Assembly: GCF_000146505.1 (NCBI RefSeq)
Contig: NC_017448.1
Location: 3,330,001 to 3,362,000 of the forward strand
Origin: Fibrobacter succinogenes subsp. succinogenes S85
Lineage (GTDB): Bacteria > Fibrobacterota > Fibrobacteria > Fibrobacterales > Fibrobacteraceae
Length of the DNA: 32,000 nt
Direction: 5' to 3'
Positions within the stretch are counted from its first letter, which is position 1, and every line of letters begins with the position of its first letter. Under the pieces are notes generated by a model. That model saw nothing but the letters and a program-made list of their open reading frames with translations, was not told where the DNA came from and did no database searches. Position numbers and translations under genes: made by a program. Positions 8,102 through 15,985 of the stretch are shown one piece after another.

Positions 8102-8174
8102 GAATTTAGTGGATTTATTGACCCTAGATAGATTGAAAAAAGCTATAATAACTAGGTAACTAATTGGAGGCTCT

Positions 8175-8720
8175 ATGCAAATTCTCGTTTTGCTGGCAGA
8201 TGGTTTTGAAGAAACGGAATTCGTTGTTCCCGTAGATTTGTGGCGCCGCGCTGGATTCAAGGTGACCGTCGCTTCTGTATCGGGGGCTGATGTTGTGGAT
8301 GGTTTACATGGAATCAAGGTTCAGGCTGATGTAGCCCTGAGCAAACTTGAACCCACTGATTTTGATGCGGTGTTTTTACCGGGTGGCGGTGTTGGCGTGC
8401 AGAATCTCAAGGCAAGTGCCGCTGTTGAAAATACCGTTTGCAGCTTAAATGACGATAACAAGTGGGTCTTGGCCATTTGCGCAGCCCCGACGGTACTCAG
8501 CAAGGCTCGAATTCTTGTCGATAGAAAGGCTACATGTTACCCTGGCTGTGAAACTGACCTTGTATGTCGTGAATTCTCCGAAGAACGCGTTGTTGTTGAT
8601 GGCAATATCGTTACGAGCCGTGGTCCGGGTACTGCTGAAGAATTTGCTCTAAAGTGCATTGCTGTTATGGGTGGTGCGGAACTTTCTCAGAAAATCCAGA
8701 GCCAGATTGTGGCTCGATGA
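8175..8720 (+). CDS. DJ-1/PfpI family protein
   Basis: 181 aa. N-terminal VLLADGFEE, nucleophile elbow AICAAP, and SRGPGT motif. GGAGG lies 6 nt upstream of the ATG. Confidence 0.85.
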   Translation: MQILVLLADGFEETEFVVPVDLWRRAGFKVTVASVSGADVVDGLHGIKVQADVALSKLEPTDFDAVFLPGGGVGVQNLKASAAVENTVCSLNDDNKWVLAICAAPTVLSKARILVDRKATCYPGCETDLVCREFSEERVVVDGNIVTSRGPGTAEEFALKCIAVMGGAELSQKIQSQIVAR

Positions 8721-8766
8721 ATTTAGCTGTATCATAAGAATACACTTAGCTATTTAGCGCCTGCTG

Positions 8767-8796
8767 AAATCCCCTACAGAACTGTAGGGGATTTTT
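8767..8796 (+). terminator. rho-independent terminator of the DJ-1 gene
   Basis: AAATCCCCTACA-GAAC-TGTAGGGGATTT followed by TT. Confidence 0.8.
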
Positions 8797-8950
8797 ATAT
8801 ACGGTTTATAATTTGTTTATTAGTTCTTAAGTTGTCAGATAATTAGTACAATGTTTGTATGTGATAATATTTTTTTGTTAAAAAGACGAAGATGTTACAC
8901 AATGTAAAGTAAAAAATGCTATATATAAAGTACTCCATATACACCAATAA

Positions 8951-8987
8951 GGGTCGGAAACTAAAATTTCCGGCCCTTTCCTTTTTT
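8951..8987 (+). terminator. orphan plus-strand terminator-like hairpin with no annotated plus-strand gene feeding it
   Basis: GGGTCGGAAA (8951..8960) pairs with TTTCCGGCCC (8967..8976) with one G-T wobble, followed by TTTCCTTTTTT. It sits just before the sufB stop, and could also serve sufB weakly in reverse. Confidence 0.5.
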
Positions 8988-9018
8988 GAATTAAATGTCC
9001 ACGTTTGGATTTGGTGTA

Positions 9019-10434
9019 TTACCCTACGCTGTGTTCGAGCTTGAGGGTGAGGAGCTGGCGCGCTTCGGTCGCGAATTCGCCCGGAAGTTCCTTGAAAACA
9101 TCCTTGCAGAAACCACCCACCATGGCCTGGATGGCGTCTTCGCGCTTGATGCCACGGCTCTCGAAGTAGAACAGCTGGTCTTCGCTGATACGGCTGGTCG
9201 TTGCTTCGTGCTCGGTCTGGGCGCTTGCGTTCGCGACCGTGATGTACGGGAACGTGTGGGCGGCGCTCTTGGTGCCGACGAGCATGCTGTCGCACTGGGT
9301 GTAGTTGCGGGCGCCTGTAGCGGACTTGCGGATGCTCACTTCGCCACGGTAGGCGTTGCTGGAGCAGTCTGCGCTGATGCCCTTTGAAATAATCGTGCTC
9401 TTGGTATTCTTGCCGATGTGGATCATCTTCGTGCCGGTGTCTGCCTGCATGTGGCCGTTCGTGAGGGCCACGCTGTAGAATTCACCGACGGAATTGTCGC
9501 CCTGCAAGATGCAGCTCGGGTACTTCCATGTGATGGCGGAACCCGTTTCAACCTGTGTCCAGCTGATGCGGCTGTTTTTGCCGGCACACTTGCCGCGCTT
9601 GGTGACGAAGTTATAGACACCGCCTGCGCCCGTTTCGCGGTCACCGGCATACCAGTTCTGCACGGTAGAATACTTGATTTTGGCGTTTTCTTTGGCCACG
9701 AGTTCCACGATCGCGCTATGGAGCTGCTTGCTTGAAAATTCCGGCGCGGTGCAGCCTTCGAGGTAGCTTACGCTGGCATCGTCATCGGCGATAATCAATG
9801 TGCGTTCGAACTGGCCTGCTTCCTTGTTGTTGATGCGGAAGTAGGTGGAAAGGTCCATGGGACACTTGACTCCAGGCGGAATATAGACGAAGCTTCCGTC
9901 GCCAAAGACTGCGCTGTTGAGGGCTGCAAAGTAGTTGTCGCCTGCGGGTACCACGCTACCGAGATATTCTTCGATGAGTTCCGGGTATTCCTTGATGGCG
10001 TCGCTGATAGAGCAGAAGATGATGCCCATTTCCATGAGCTTCTTTTTGTGGCTTGTGTAAATGCTGACGGAGTCGAACACGGCATCAACGGCCACGTTTG
10101 CGAGACGCTTCTGTTCGTCGAGCGGGATGCCGAGCTTTTCAAAAGTCGCCAAGAGCTCCGGGTCCACGTCTTCGATCTTTTCGTGGCTCTTCTTGGTTTT
10201 CGGAGCGGAATAGTAAACGATGTCCTGCAAATCAACAGGGTTAAAATGGAGCTCGCCCCAGTTGGGCTGTTCCATCGTCTTGAGCTTTTCGTAGGCTCTC
10301 AGTCGAAAGTCGAGCATGAACTGTGGTTCGCCACGGAGCGCTGACGCCCTGCGGATGATATCCTCGTTAAGGCCTTTTTCGAAGGCTTCGTTTTCAATAT
10401 CAGTGACAAATCCGTATTTGTAATTTTCGCTCAT
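9019..10434 (-). CDS. sufB: Fe-S cluster assembly protein SufB
   Basis: 471 aa with full-length SufB-like sequence (N-terminal YKYGF, C-terminal FATEARQLL). Confidence 0.9.
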   Translation of the reverse strand: MSENYKYGFVTDIENEAFEKGLNEDIIRRASALRGEPQFMLDFRLRAYEKLKTMEQPNWGELHFNPVDLQDIVYYSAPKTKKSHEKIEDVDPELLATFEKLGIPLDEQKRLANVAVDAVFDSVSIYTSHKKKLMEMGIIFCSISDAIKEYPELIEEYLGSVVPAGDNYFAALNSAVFGDGSFVYIPPGVKCPMDLSTYFRINNKEAGQFERTLIIADDDASVSYLEGCTAPEFSSKQLHSAIVELVAKENAKIKYSTVQNWYAGDRETGAGGVYNFVTKRGKCAGKNSRISWTQVETGSAITWKYPSCILQGDNSVGEFYSVALTNGHMQADTGTKMIHIGKNTKSTIISKGISADCSSNAYRGEVSIRKSATGARNYTQCDSMLVGTKSAAHTFPYITVANASAQTEHEATTSRISEDQLFYFESRGIKREDAIQAMVGGFCKDVFKELPGEFATEARQLLTLKLEHSVG

Positions 10435-10467
10435 TTTTAACCCGCTTTAACCGCGTAATTCCGCGCC

Positions 10468-10475
10468 CAAATATA
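10468..10475 (-). promoter_or_regulatory. TAnnTTTG promoter-like box (ATATTCTATATTTG) upstream of sufB
   Basis: Minus strand reads TATATTTG, 33 nt upstream of the ATG. A TTTG lies 20 nt further upstream, which fits a -33/-7 layout. Confidence 0.5.
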
Positions 10476-10591
10476 GAATATTTGTAAGAGCTGTCCAAAA
10501 TGAAATGTCCCTAATTAAGGCATAACCTACATCTGCGGTAGGCTTTGTGTCCTGATGGGAATATTATATTTTGTCCAAAATGGTAATGAAG

Positions 10592-11131
10592 ATGAAAAAG
10601 ATAAAATTGTTCAGTCTTGCTTGTGTGTTGCTTTTGGCGAGTTGCGCTTCTTTTAAGTCTGCTGATTGGGTGGATTCATCCGAATGGCCGGCTGATAAGG
10701 GAATCGCTTTTGTTGAAATTTCTTTAGAGGGGCGCGATTCGGCTACGATCAGTATAAAAAACAATGCAAGTTCTTATGAACCGCAAATAAAATTAAAGAA
10801 AGGAACTCATCTCTATGCTGTAGCTTTGGATGAAGGCACTTGTGTTTTTCGATACTTGAAATATGATTATGAATCATATTTTTCTAAAGTCGTTGATAAA
10901 ATTCGTCCTTTGAATTCTGCACAATCTGAAGATAGAGGTGGCTTTGAATACTGTTCTTATTGGAATGTTAAAAAAGGTGGAGCTTCTGCTTTGGGCAAGA
11001 TGAACTTTTATGTTATTGAAAATGATGACTTTTATGTCAGATGCGATTTGCGTGATTCAACACAGCAGGCTGTTTTAGAAAAAGCTACAGAGCTTTATCC
11101 TCAAACATTTGATGCAGTGAAGAAAAACTAG
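10592..11131 (+). CDS. hypothetical lipoprotein
   Basis: MKKIKLFSLACVLLLASC signal peptide with lipobox. ATGs at 10580 and 10586 are alternative starts. No domain recognised. The gene looked AT-rich by eye (not counted). Confidence 0.7.
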   Translation: MKKIKLFSLACVLLLASCASFKSADWVDSSEWPADKGIAFVEISLEGRDSATISIKNNASSYEPQIKLKKGTHLYAVALDEGTCVFRYLKYDYESYFSKVVDKIRPLNSAQSEDRGGFEYCSYWNVKKGGASALGKMNFYVIENDDFYVRCDLRDSTQQAVLEKATELYPQTFDAVKKN

Positions 11132-14100
11132 CACTTCTTTATCACTTCCACGGTGAGCTTGTTGAATGCAATCTTCCCGCCTTCGCGCAGTTCTAGCGCT
11201 GCCCTGAACGTTGTGTCGTTTTTCTTGAACGGTTCAAGGATTGGCGTAGATTTGTTCTTGAGGAGCGTTTCGACTTCTTCGTCGGAAAACTCGCGTTTGA
11301 AGAATGTTTTGGGAATCCCGTAATTGCAGGCGGGGTTCATGCACACGTATGCCGCAAGCGTTTGCACTTCGCCGTTTGGCGTTTGCGTGGTGGTGCCGCT
11401 ACGGAATCGCAGTTGGTCGCCGCAGCAAGGGCAGGGGAGGTCTCTATGGACAAATTCAAAATTCGTGCGACCGTCTTCACCGAGCTTTAGGTAGGCGTCG
11501 AATTCCGTCCCTTTCTTGCTTTTGAATCCGGTCAACAGTTCTGTTTTGCCGCCGGTGAGGAGTGCCTTGATGTCTGCCACGCGGAGCTTCTTGCCCGCAA
11601 CGGACTTGAACAAGGTAAAGTTACAGGCGGGGCAGAAAATGGCGTTCTTGTTTTCTTCAAGTTTCTTTTTGCAGAGTGGGCAGTTGAACTTGGTTTCGGT
11701 GCCGTGGAAATGACCGTCGTTCTCGAACGCGAATGTCGCCTTGAAATCCTTGTCCCAGACGACTTTTGCGTTGAAAGTTGTGCCTTTCTTGGTCAAGAAT
11801 CCGCTGATGATTTGCGTCGTGCCGTTGTTGAAAAGTTCCGCAATTTCTTCGTCGCTCATGACATGCCCGGCAATTGTCTTGTAAAATACGAAGTCGCAAG
11901 TCGGGGCTGTGTCCGGTGTGAGCGTCGGGTCGCCGTTTTCGTTGTTTGATGTGGTGACGTCGCTCCCTTCGCAGATGAGGCGGTTGCCGGAATCGAGCAA
12001 TGTTTTGCCGCATTTGGGACACTTGTAATTGGTCGGCGTTTTGGCGCGGGCGTCATCGGAAAATTCAAAGCCGATGTTGCCGTCATCGCCTAATGTGAGC
12101 GTGGCACTGAATGTTGTCCCTTTTTTGCTCTTGAATCCGCTGAGCAAATCGGACTTGCCGGTTCTGAGGAGTGTCCGCATTTCGGCGTGGCTCAGTGTGC
12201 GGCCAGCAATCGTGTGGCCTGCCTTGAAGCCGCATTCTTCGTTTTTGCAGACATAGCCCCACGGCGCAATTTCGAGCGGACTGGAACATTTCGGGCAAGG
12301 AATGGCGTCGGTGACGGTTTCGCGTTCGAATTGGCTGCCGTATTTTTGACGCAGATGTTCGAAGAGTTCCTTGACGTAATTCACGATGCCGTCGCGGAAT
12401 TCAATTGGCGTGAGTTTGCCTTTTTCAACTTGCGAAAGCTTGAATTCCCATTCGCCGGTCATTTCGGGCGATTTGACTTTCTCGTCCATGAGCTCGATGA
12501 CCTCGCGTCCGCGCTGGGTGCTGACAAGGTAATTTTTTTGCGCTTCGATGAATCCGCGCTTTTTGAGCGTCTCGATGATGCCTGCTTGCGTGGCTGGCGT
12601 TCCGAGACCGCGTTCCTTCATGGCTTCGGCAAGTTCTTCGTTTTCGATTTGCTTGCCCGCCGTTTTCATTGCGGCAAGGAGCGTCGCTTCAGTGAAGTAC
12701 TTAGGCTTGCTCTTCTTTTTCTTTTGCAGTTCTAGGCTGTCAAATGGCGCATGGTCCCCGAGATTCCATTCCGGGAATGTCTCGACGATGTTCGTGATAT
12801 CGTCTCCATCGCCCTTGCCTTCGGAATCTGCACCTTTCGCATCTCCGGATTCTGATCCGGCATCGCCCTTTTTCTTTTTCGAAGGTTTCTTCTTTTCTTC
12901 TTTGACGAGTGCACGGAAACCTAAATCTTCATTCCTCTTGAGTTTTAGCCTAAAGATTTCGGCGTTGGCGGCATCCAGCAGAACTTCCATTTCGCTCCAG
13001 ACATACGGCTTGAGCCATGCCTGTACAAAGCGTTCTTTTGCGAGCTTGTAGATGTTCTCTTCCATCTCAGGGAGATTTTGCGGCTCTTCTCCCGTGGGGA
13101 TAATGGCAAAGTGGTCTGTGACTTTGCTGGAGTTGATGAAGACAAAGTTCTCGTTGCCATCGCGCATGACGGATTTTTCTTGCGGCGAGGCAAGCCTTTG
13201 TGCAAGCGCGTAAGCTTCTTGCTGCATCGTGTCCGGCAGGTATTGCGAATCCGTACGTGGGTAGGTGAGCAACTTCTTTTCGTACAAGTTTTGTGCGCAG
13301 TCAAGAACTTGCTGGGCGCTGTATTTAAAACGCTTGTTGCCCTCTTTTTGCAGTTCCGTCAAGTCGAATGGCTTTTGCGGGAACTGCTTTTTCTGCTGGA
13401 TGTCAACCTTTGCAATTGCCGCTTCTTCTGGCGGCGAACATTTGTCTATAACAGCTTGGGCAGGTTCTTCTTTCTCGAAAATCGCAACTTTTAAATTGCT
13501 TTGCTTGTCTGCCGCGACTTTCTCATCTACAGGCGTGCCGGAATCGCCTTTTTCCTCTTTCGTTTCGCTTTTGACGAGCTGCGCCTGGAACCCTTTCCAC
13601 GTTCCCACAACGCTGTAATAAAATAGTTCCTTGAATTGCTCAACAATTGCATCGCGTTCCACGACCAAGTTCAGCGTCGGCGTTTGCACTCGCCCCACAG
13701 AAATCATCTTTCCGCGCCCGGCAGTTAGTGTGTAAGCTCGAGTCGCATTCAGCCCGACCATCCAGTCGGCACGCTGGCGGAGCCTTGCCGCATAGCTCAA
13801 GTTCAAACGCTCCGTCGCGTCTTCCAGATTCTTCCAAGCCTTGTCCAAATCCTTCGCCACATAGCTGTTCACCCACAAGCGCTTGATCTGCTTTTTGCGA
13901 AAGTCCGGCGTGTAGTCGAGAATCAAGTCAAAAATCAAATTACCTTCACGACCCGCATCCGCGCCGTTCACAAGAACATCCGCCCTTGCCATCATGTCGC
14001 GTACAACCCCGAGCTGCTTTCGCGTGCTCTCGATTTCCATCAACTTGAATTTTTCGGGCAAAAGCGGCAAGTTCGAAAGCCGCCAACCGCCCTCGAAACC

Positions 14101-14277
14101 GGGATAGGCATCCAGTGGCGCAAGCGTAATCAAGTGACCCACGCACCACGTGATGCAATGGTTCTTGCCAATCAGGCATCCGTCGCCTTGCGTAAACTTT
14201 TCACCCTCAATACGCTCCAGCATGGGTTTATAATGCTGATTGGCGACAGAAGGTTTTTCGGCGACGAGTAAAATCAT
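11128..14277 (-). CDS. topB: DNA topoisomerase III with four C-terminal zinc-ribbon plus repeat modules
   Basis: Toprim start MILLVAEKPS. Active-site LTYPRTDSQYL. Four Cys4-type ribbons, each followed by a GF-KKGT-F-A-L-repeat (topoisomerase C-terminal repeat type). A K/E/G/D-rich insert is encoded at 12793..12906. Confidence 0.9.
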   Translation of the reverse strand: MILLVAEKPSVANQHYKPMLERIEGEKFTQGDGCLIGKNHCITWCVGHLITLAPLDAYPGFEGGWRLSNLPLLPEKFKLMEIESTRKQLGVVRDMMARADVLVNGADAGREGNLIFDLILDYTPDFRKKQIKRLWVNSYVAKDLDKAWKNLEDATERLNLSYAARLRQRADWMVGLNATRAYTLTAGRGKMISVGRVQTPTLNLVVERDAIVEQFKELFYYSVVGTWKGFQAQLVKSETKEEKGDSGTPVDEKVAADKQSNLKVAIFEKEEPAQAVIDKCSPPEEAAIAKVDIQQKKQFPQKPFDLTELQKEGNKRFKYSAQQVLDCAQNLYEKKLLTYPRTDSQYLPDTMQQEAYALAQRLASPQEKSVMRDGNENFVFINSSKVTDHFAIIPTGEEPQNLPEMEENIYKLAKERFVQAWLKPYVWSEMEVLLDAANAEIFRLKLKRNEDLGFRALVKEEKKKPSKKKKGDAGSESGDAKGADSEGKGDGDDITNIVETFPEWNLGDHAPFDSLELQKKKKSKPKYFTEATLLAAMKTAGKQIENEELAEAMKERGLGTPATQAGIIETLKKRGFIEAQKNYLVSTQRGREVIELMDEKVKSPEMTGEWEFKLSQVEKGKLTPIEFRDGIVNYVKELFEHLRQKYGSQFERETVTDAIPCPKCSSPLEIAPWGYVCKNEECGFKAGHTIAGRTLSHAEMRTLLRTGKSDLLSGFKSKKGTTFSATLTLGDDGNIGFEFSDDARAKTPTNYKCPKCGKTLLDSGNRLICEGSDVTTSNNENGDPTLTPDTAPTCDFVFYKTIAGHVMSDEEIAELFNNGTTQIISGFLTKKGTTFNAKVVWDKDFKATFAFENDGHFHGTETKFNCPLCKKKLEENKNAIFCPACNFTLFKSVAGKKLRVADIKALLTGGKTELLTGFKSKKGTEFDAYLKLGEDGRTNFEFVHRDLPCPCCGDQLRFRSGTTTQTPNGEVQTLAAYVCMNPACNYGIPKTFFKREFSDEEVETLLKNKSTPILEPFKKNDTTFRAALELREGGKIAFNKLTVEVIKKC

Positions 14278-14314
14278 AATTGCCGAAAAGATATAAAATT
14301 TTCAGCGTAGAAAA

Positions 14315-14470
14315 CTAATCTTTATCCCAGTGCGGAATGCCTGCTGGATCAATGTAGTCACAGTCGATGACTCTATCTTGCGGATTCAAGTCAATGGTTT
14401 TCTTTTGTGCCTTCATAACTTTGCAAGGAACATTGTGTTTTTCCATAAGCTCTTTTAGGTCTTTATCCAT
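14315..14470 (-). CDS. small hypothetical protein (51 aa) immediately upstream of topB
   Basis: Not in the ORF track because it is under 60 aa. Translates as MDKDLKELMEKHNVPCKVMKAQKKTIDLNPQDRVIDCDYIDPAGIPHWDKD. GGAGA lies 6 nt upstream of the ATG. It ends 37 nt before the topB ATG. Confidence 0.45.
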   Translation of the reverse strand: MDKDLKELMEKHNVPCKVMKAQKKTIDLNPQDRVIDCDYIDPAGIPHWDKD

Positions 14471-14762
14471 CAGCAATCTCCATTGGTGATTGCTAGTAAT
14501 ATATCATTTTTTTTGCGGCTCGCAATTGATTGAACTGAAAATTCGGAAATTCTGAATTTACGCAAAAAACTTTTATGACGAGCGTTAAAAAGCCTACTTG
14601 ACAAGGATTTCATCAAAGATGTATCTTTGACAGGGTACACTGATGAAATTCTTTTGAATGAGGTTGACGGTATGACAGACTTGCTTTACGAGAGACAAGG
14701 GGCCTATGCTCAAGGACATGAATTTCCTGTCGTTCCAAAGAAGAAATTCTATCAAGAAAACT

Positions 14763-15638
14763 TTATTCGCCAATGCCAAAAAGAACGCGGTAGGGAATGG
14801 TCTTGGAATGGAGTCCTCCCTTAACATCATGGTATTTCCCTTTATTCGATAACGTGGAATACGGTTTTCTTCTGTGAAACCCAGCTTTTGTGGTGTGCTT
14901 ATCGAATAATACGGAATTTAAAACAAGATAATTAACTTTATCTTCGTAAATATCGTCGATATCAAGTAATCTACGGCTAAAAATTAACGTATCCCCTTTA
15001 AATGCATAGCTGATATCAGACGATGATTTAACCCATTCGTTTTTATCTGAATTATAATAATACTGCAAGCAATGATTTTCCTTTTCAGGATTATCAATCA
15101 GAAAGTATCTTGACGTATCTTGGTCATCAACAGTATCAGGATAACCTATATAAGAATCTTGATAATAATGCAAGGTATCATTACTTATATGCATTTTCAT
15201 AGTAGTTAAATGAGCCCGTTTATAGTCTCCATACAATACATGCGATATAATTAAAGTATCTCCAGAATAATCTATTGTTCCCTCCTCATATTTTTTACCA
15301 TTAGAATATGAGACCATGCTCCCCTGAGAACTCTCTTCTTTATACAAAGCGTAAGTGCCGGAATCTTTATAGAGTGTTGCGTTATTTTCCGGCCATCGAC
15401 CATCAACACGCACGGCTGAATCTATCACATATTCATTTGCTGAACCATTCCAAGAGAAATACAAAACTTCATCCCAAAGCACACGGTCTCCACTGTAATG
15501 TTGATTGCTTTCCTTGACCGTTGTATAAAGATGATTATAATAATTAGCAGCAGGTCTAGCCTTCATGTATATCTGAGCGCAGTTCTCGGCAAACGTAAAA
15601 GAAACAACACTCAAAATAGCAACAACAAAATGTCTCAT
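14763..15638 (-). CDS. secreted hypothetical protein (Tyr/Asp/Ser-rich) in a low-GC islet
   Basis: ATG 15638 is preceded by AAGGAGA and starts the signal peptide MRHFVVAILSVVSFTFA. The longer ORF-track start at 15818 has no signal peptide logic. No domain recognised. Confidence 0.7.
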   Translation of the reverse strand: MRHFVVAILSVVSFTFAENCAQIYMKARPAANYYNHLYTTVKESNQHYSGDRVLWDEVLYFSWNGSANEYVIDSAVRVDGRWPENNATLYKDSGTYALYKEESSQGSMVSYSNGKKYEEGTIDYSGDTLIISHVLYGDYKRAHLTTMKMHISNDTLHYYQDSYIGYPDTVDDQDTSRYFLIDNPEKENHCLQYYYNSDKNEWVKSSSDISYAFKGDTLIFSRRLLDIDDIYEDKVNYLVLNSVLFDKHTTKAGFHRRKPYSTLSNKGKYHDVKGGLHSKTIPYRVLFGIGE

Positions 15639-15881
15639 AAAGTTTCTCCTTTTTTGTTCACTATCCCCTGAAATTGAAACTTTTTGAGGGTGCAAACGAC
15701 GAATAAAATATAAAAAATAGGGGTTGAATCCACTCCGTGCCCCCTTGCCATTCCTCTCGAAACTTTGTATATTCATGCACATGAGAAAAATCTTGAACCT
15801 TCTACTTCTACTTAGCATCGCTACCGAAGCGAGGTTTTAGGGATTTTTCAAAGATTTTCAAAGAATTTAAACCTAAAAGCG

Positions 15882-15912
15882 CCCGCTTCGAGAACGAAGC
15901 GGGTTCTTTTTT
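15882..15912 (+). terminator. terminator-like hairpin upstream of the leuA promoter box
   Basis: CCCGCTTCG-AGAA-CGAAGCGGG followed by TTCTTTTTT. No plus-strand gene ends nearby. Confidence 0.5.
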
Positions 15913-15924
15913 ATGGTGAAATTC

Positions 15925-15932
15925 TATTTTTG
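15925..15932 (+). promoter_or_regulatory. TAnnTTTG promoter-like box (AAATTCTATTTTTG) upstream of leuA
   Basis: TATTTTTG lies 53 nt upstream of the leuA ATG, with the same ATTCTA prefix as at hslO, sufB and tgt. Confidence 0.5.
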
Positions 15933-15985
15933 GAATTGAAAAATTAAAGGAACTTTGCGGTCTTGAAGCCGGCAAGGAGATAAAA

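Noticed and set aside
8843-9295. 150-aa minus-strand ORF rich in Arg/His/Pro.
   Set aside because: Most of it overlaps sufB in another frame. The remainder lies in AT-rich non-coding DNA with no ribosome-binding site. The composition is typical of an out-of-frame artefact.
10492-10588. Direct repeat TGTCCAAAATG(A/G)(A/T)AATG at 10492..10507 and 10572..10588 in the sufB / lipoprotein intergenic region.
   Set aside because: It is short and AT-rich, and the second copy overlaps the alternative start codons of the lipoprotein gene. It could be chance. I noted it but did not consider it strong enough for a finding.
14594-14830. ORFs 14594..14830(-) and 14627..14824(+) in the AT-rich gap.
   Set aside because: They overlap each other and the 3-prime end of the 14763..15638 gene. 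The plus ORF starts at a TTG with no ribosome-binding site. Neither has a motif. They are likely chance ORFs, though expression data could revive the plus-strand one from ATG 14672.
15882-15985. Leucine leader-peptide attenuator or T-box controlling leuA.
   Set aside because: There is no Leu-rich mini-ORF and no T-box-like specifier structure between the hairpin and the ATG. The best promoter-like box lies downstream of the hairpin.
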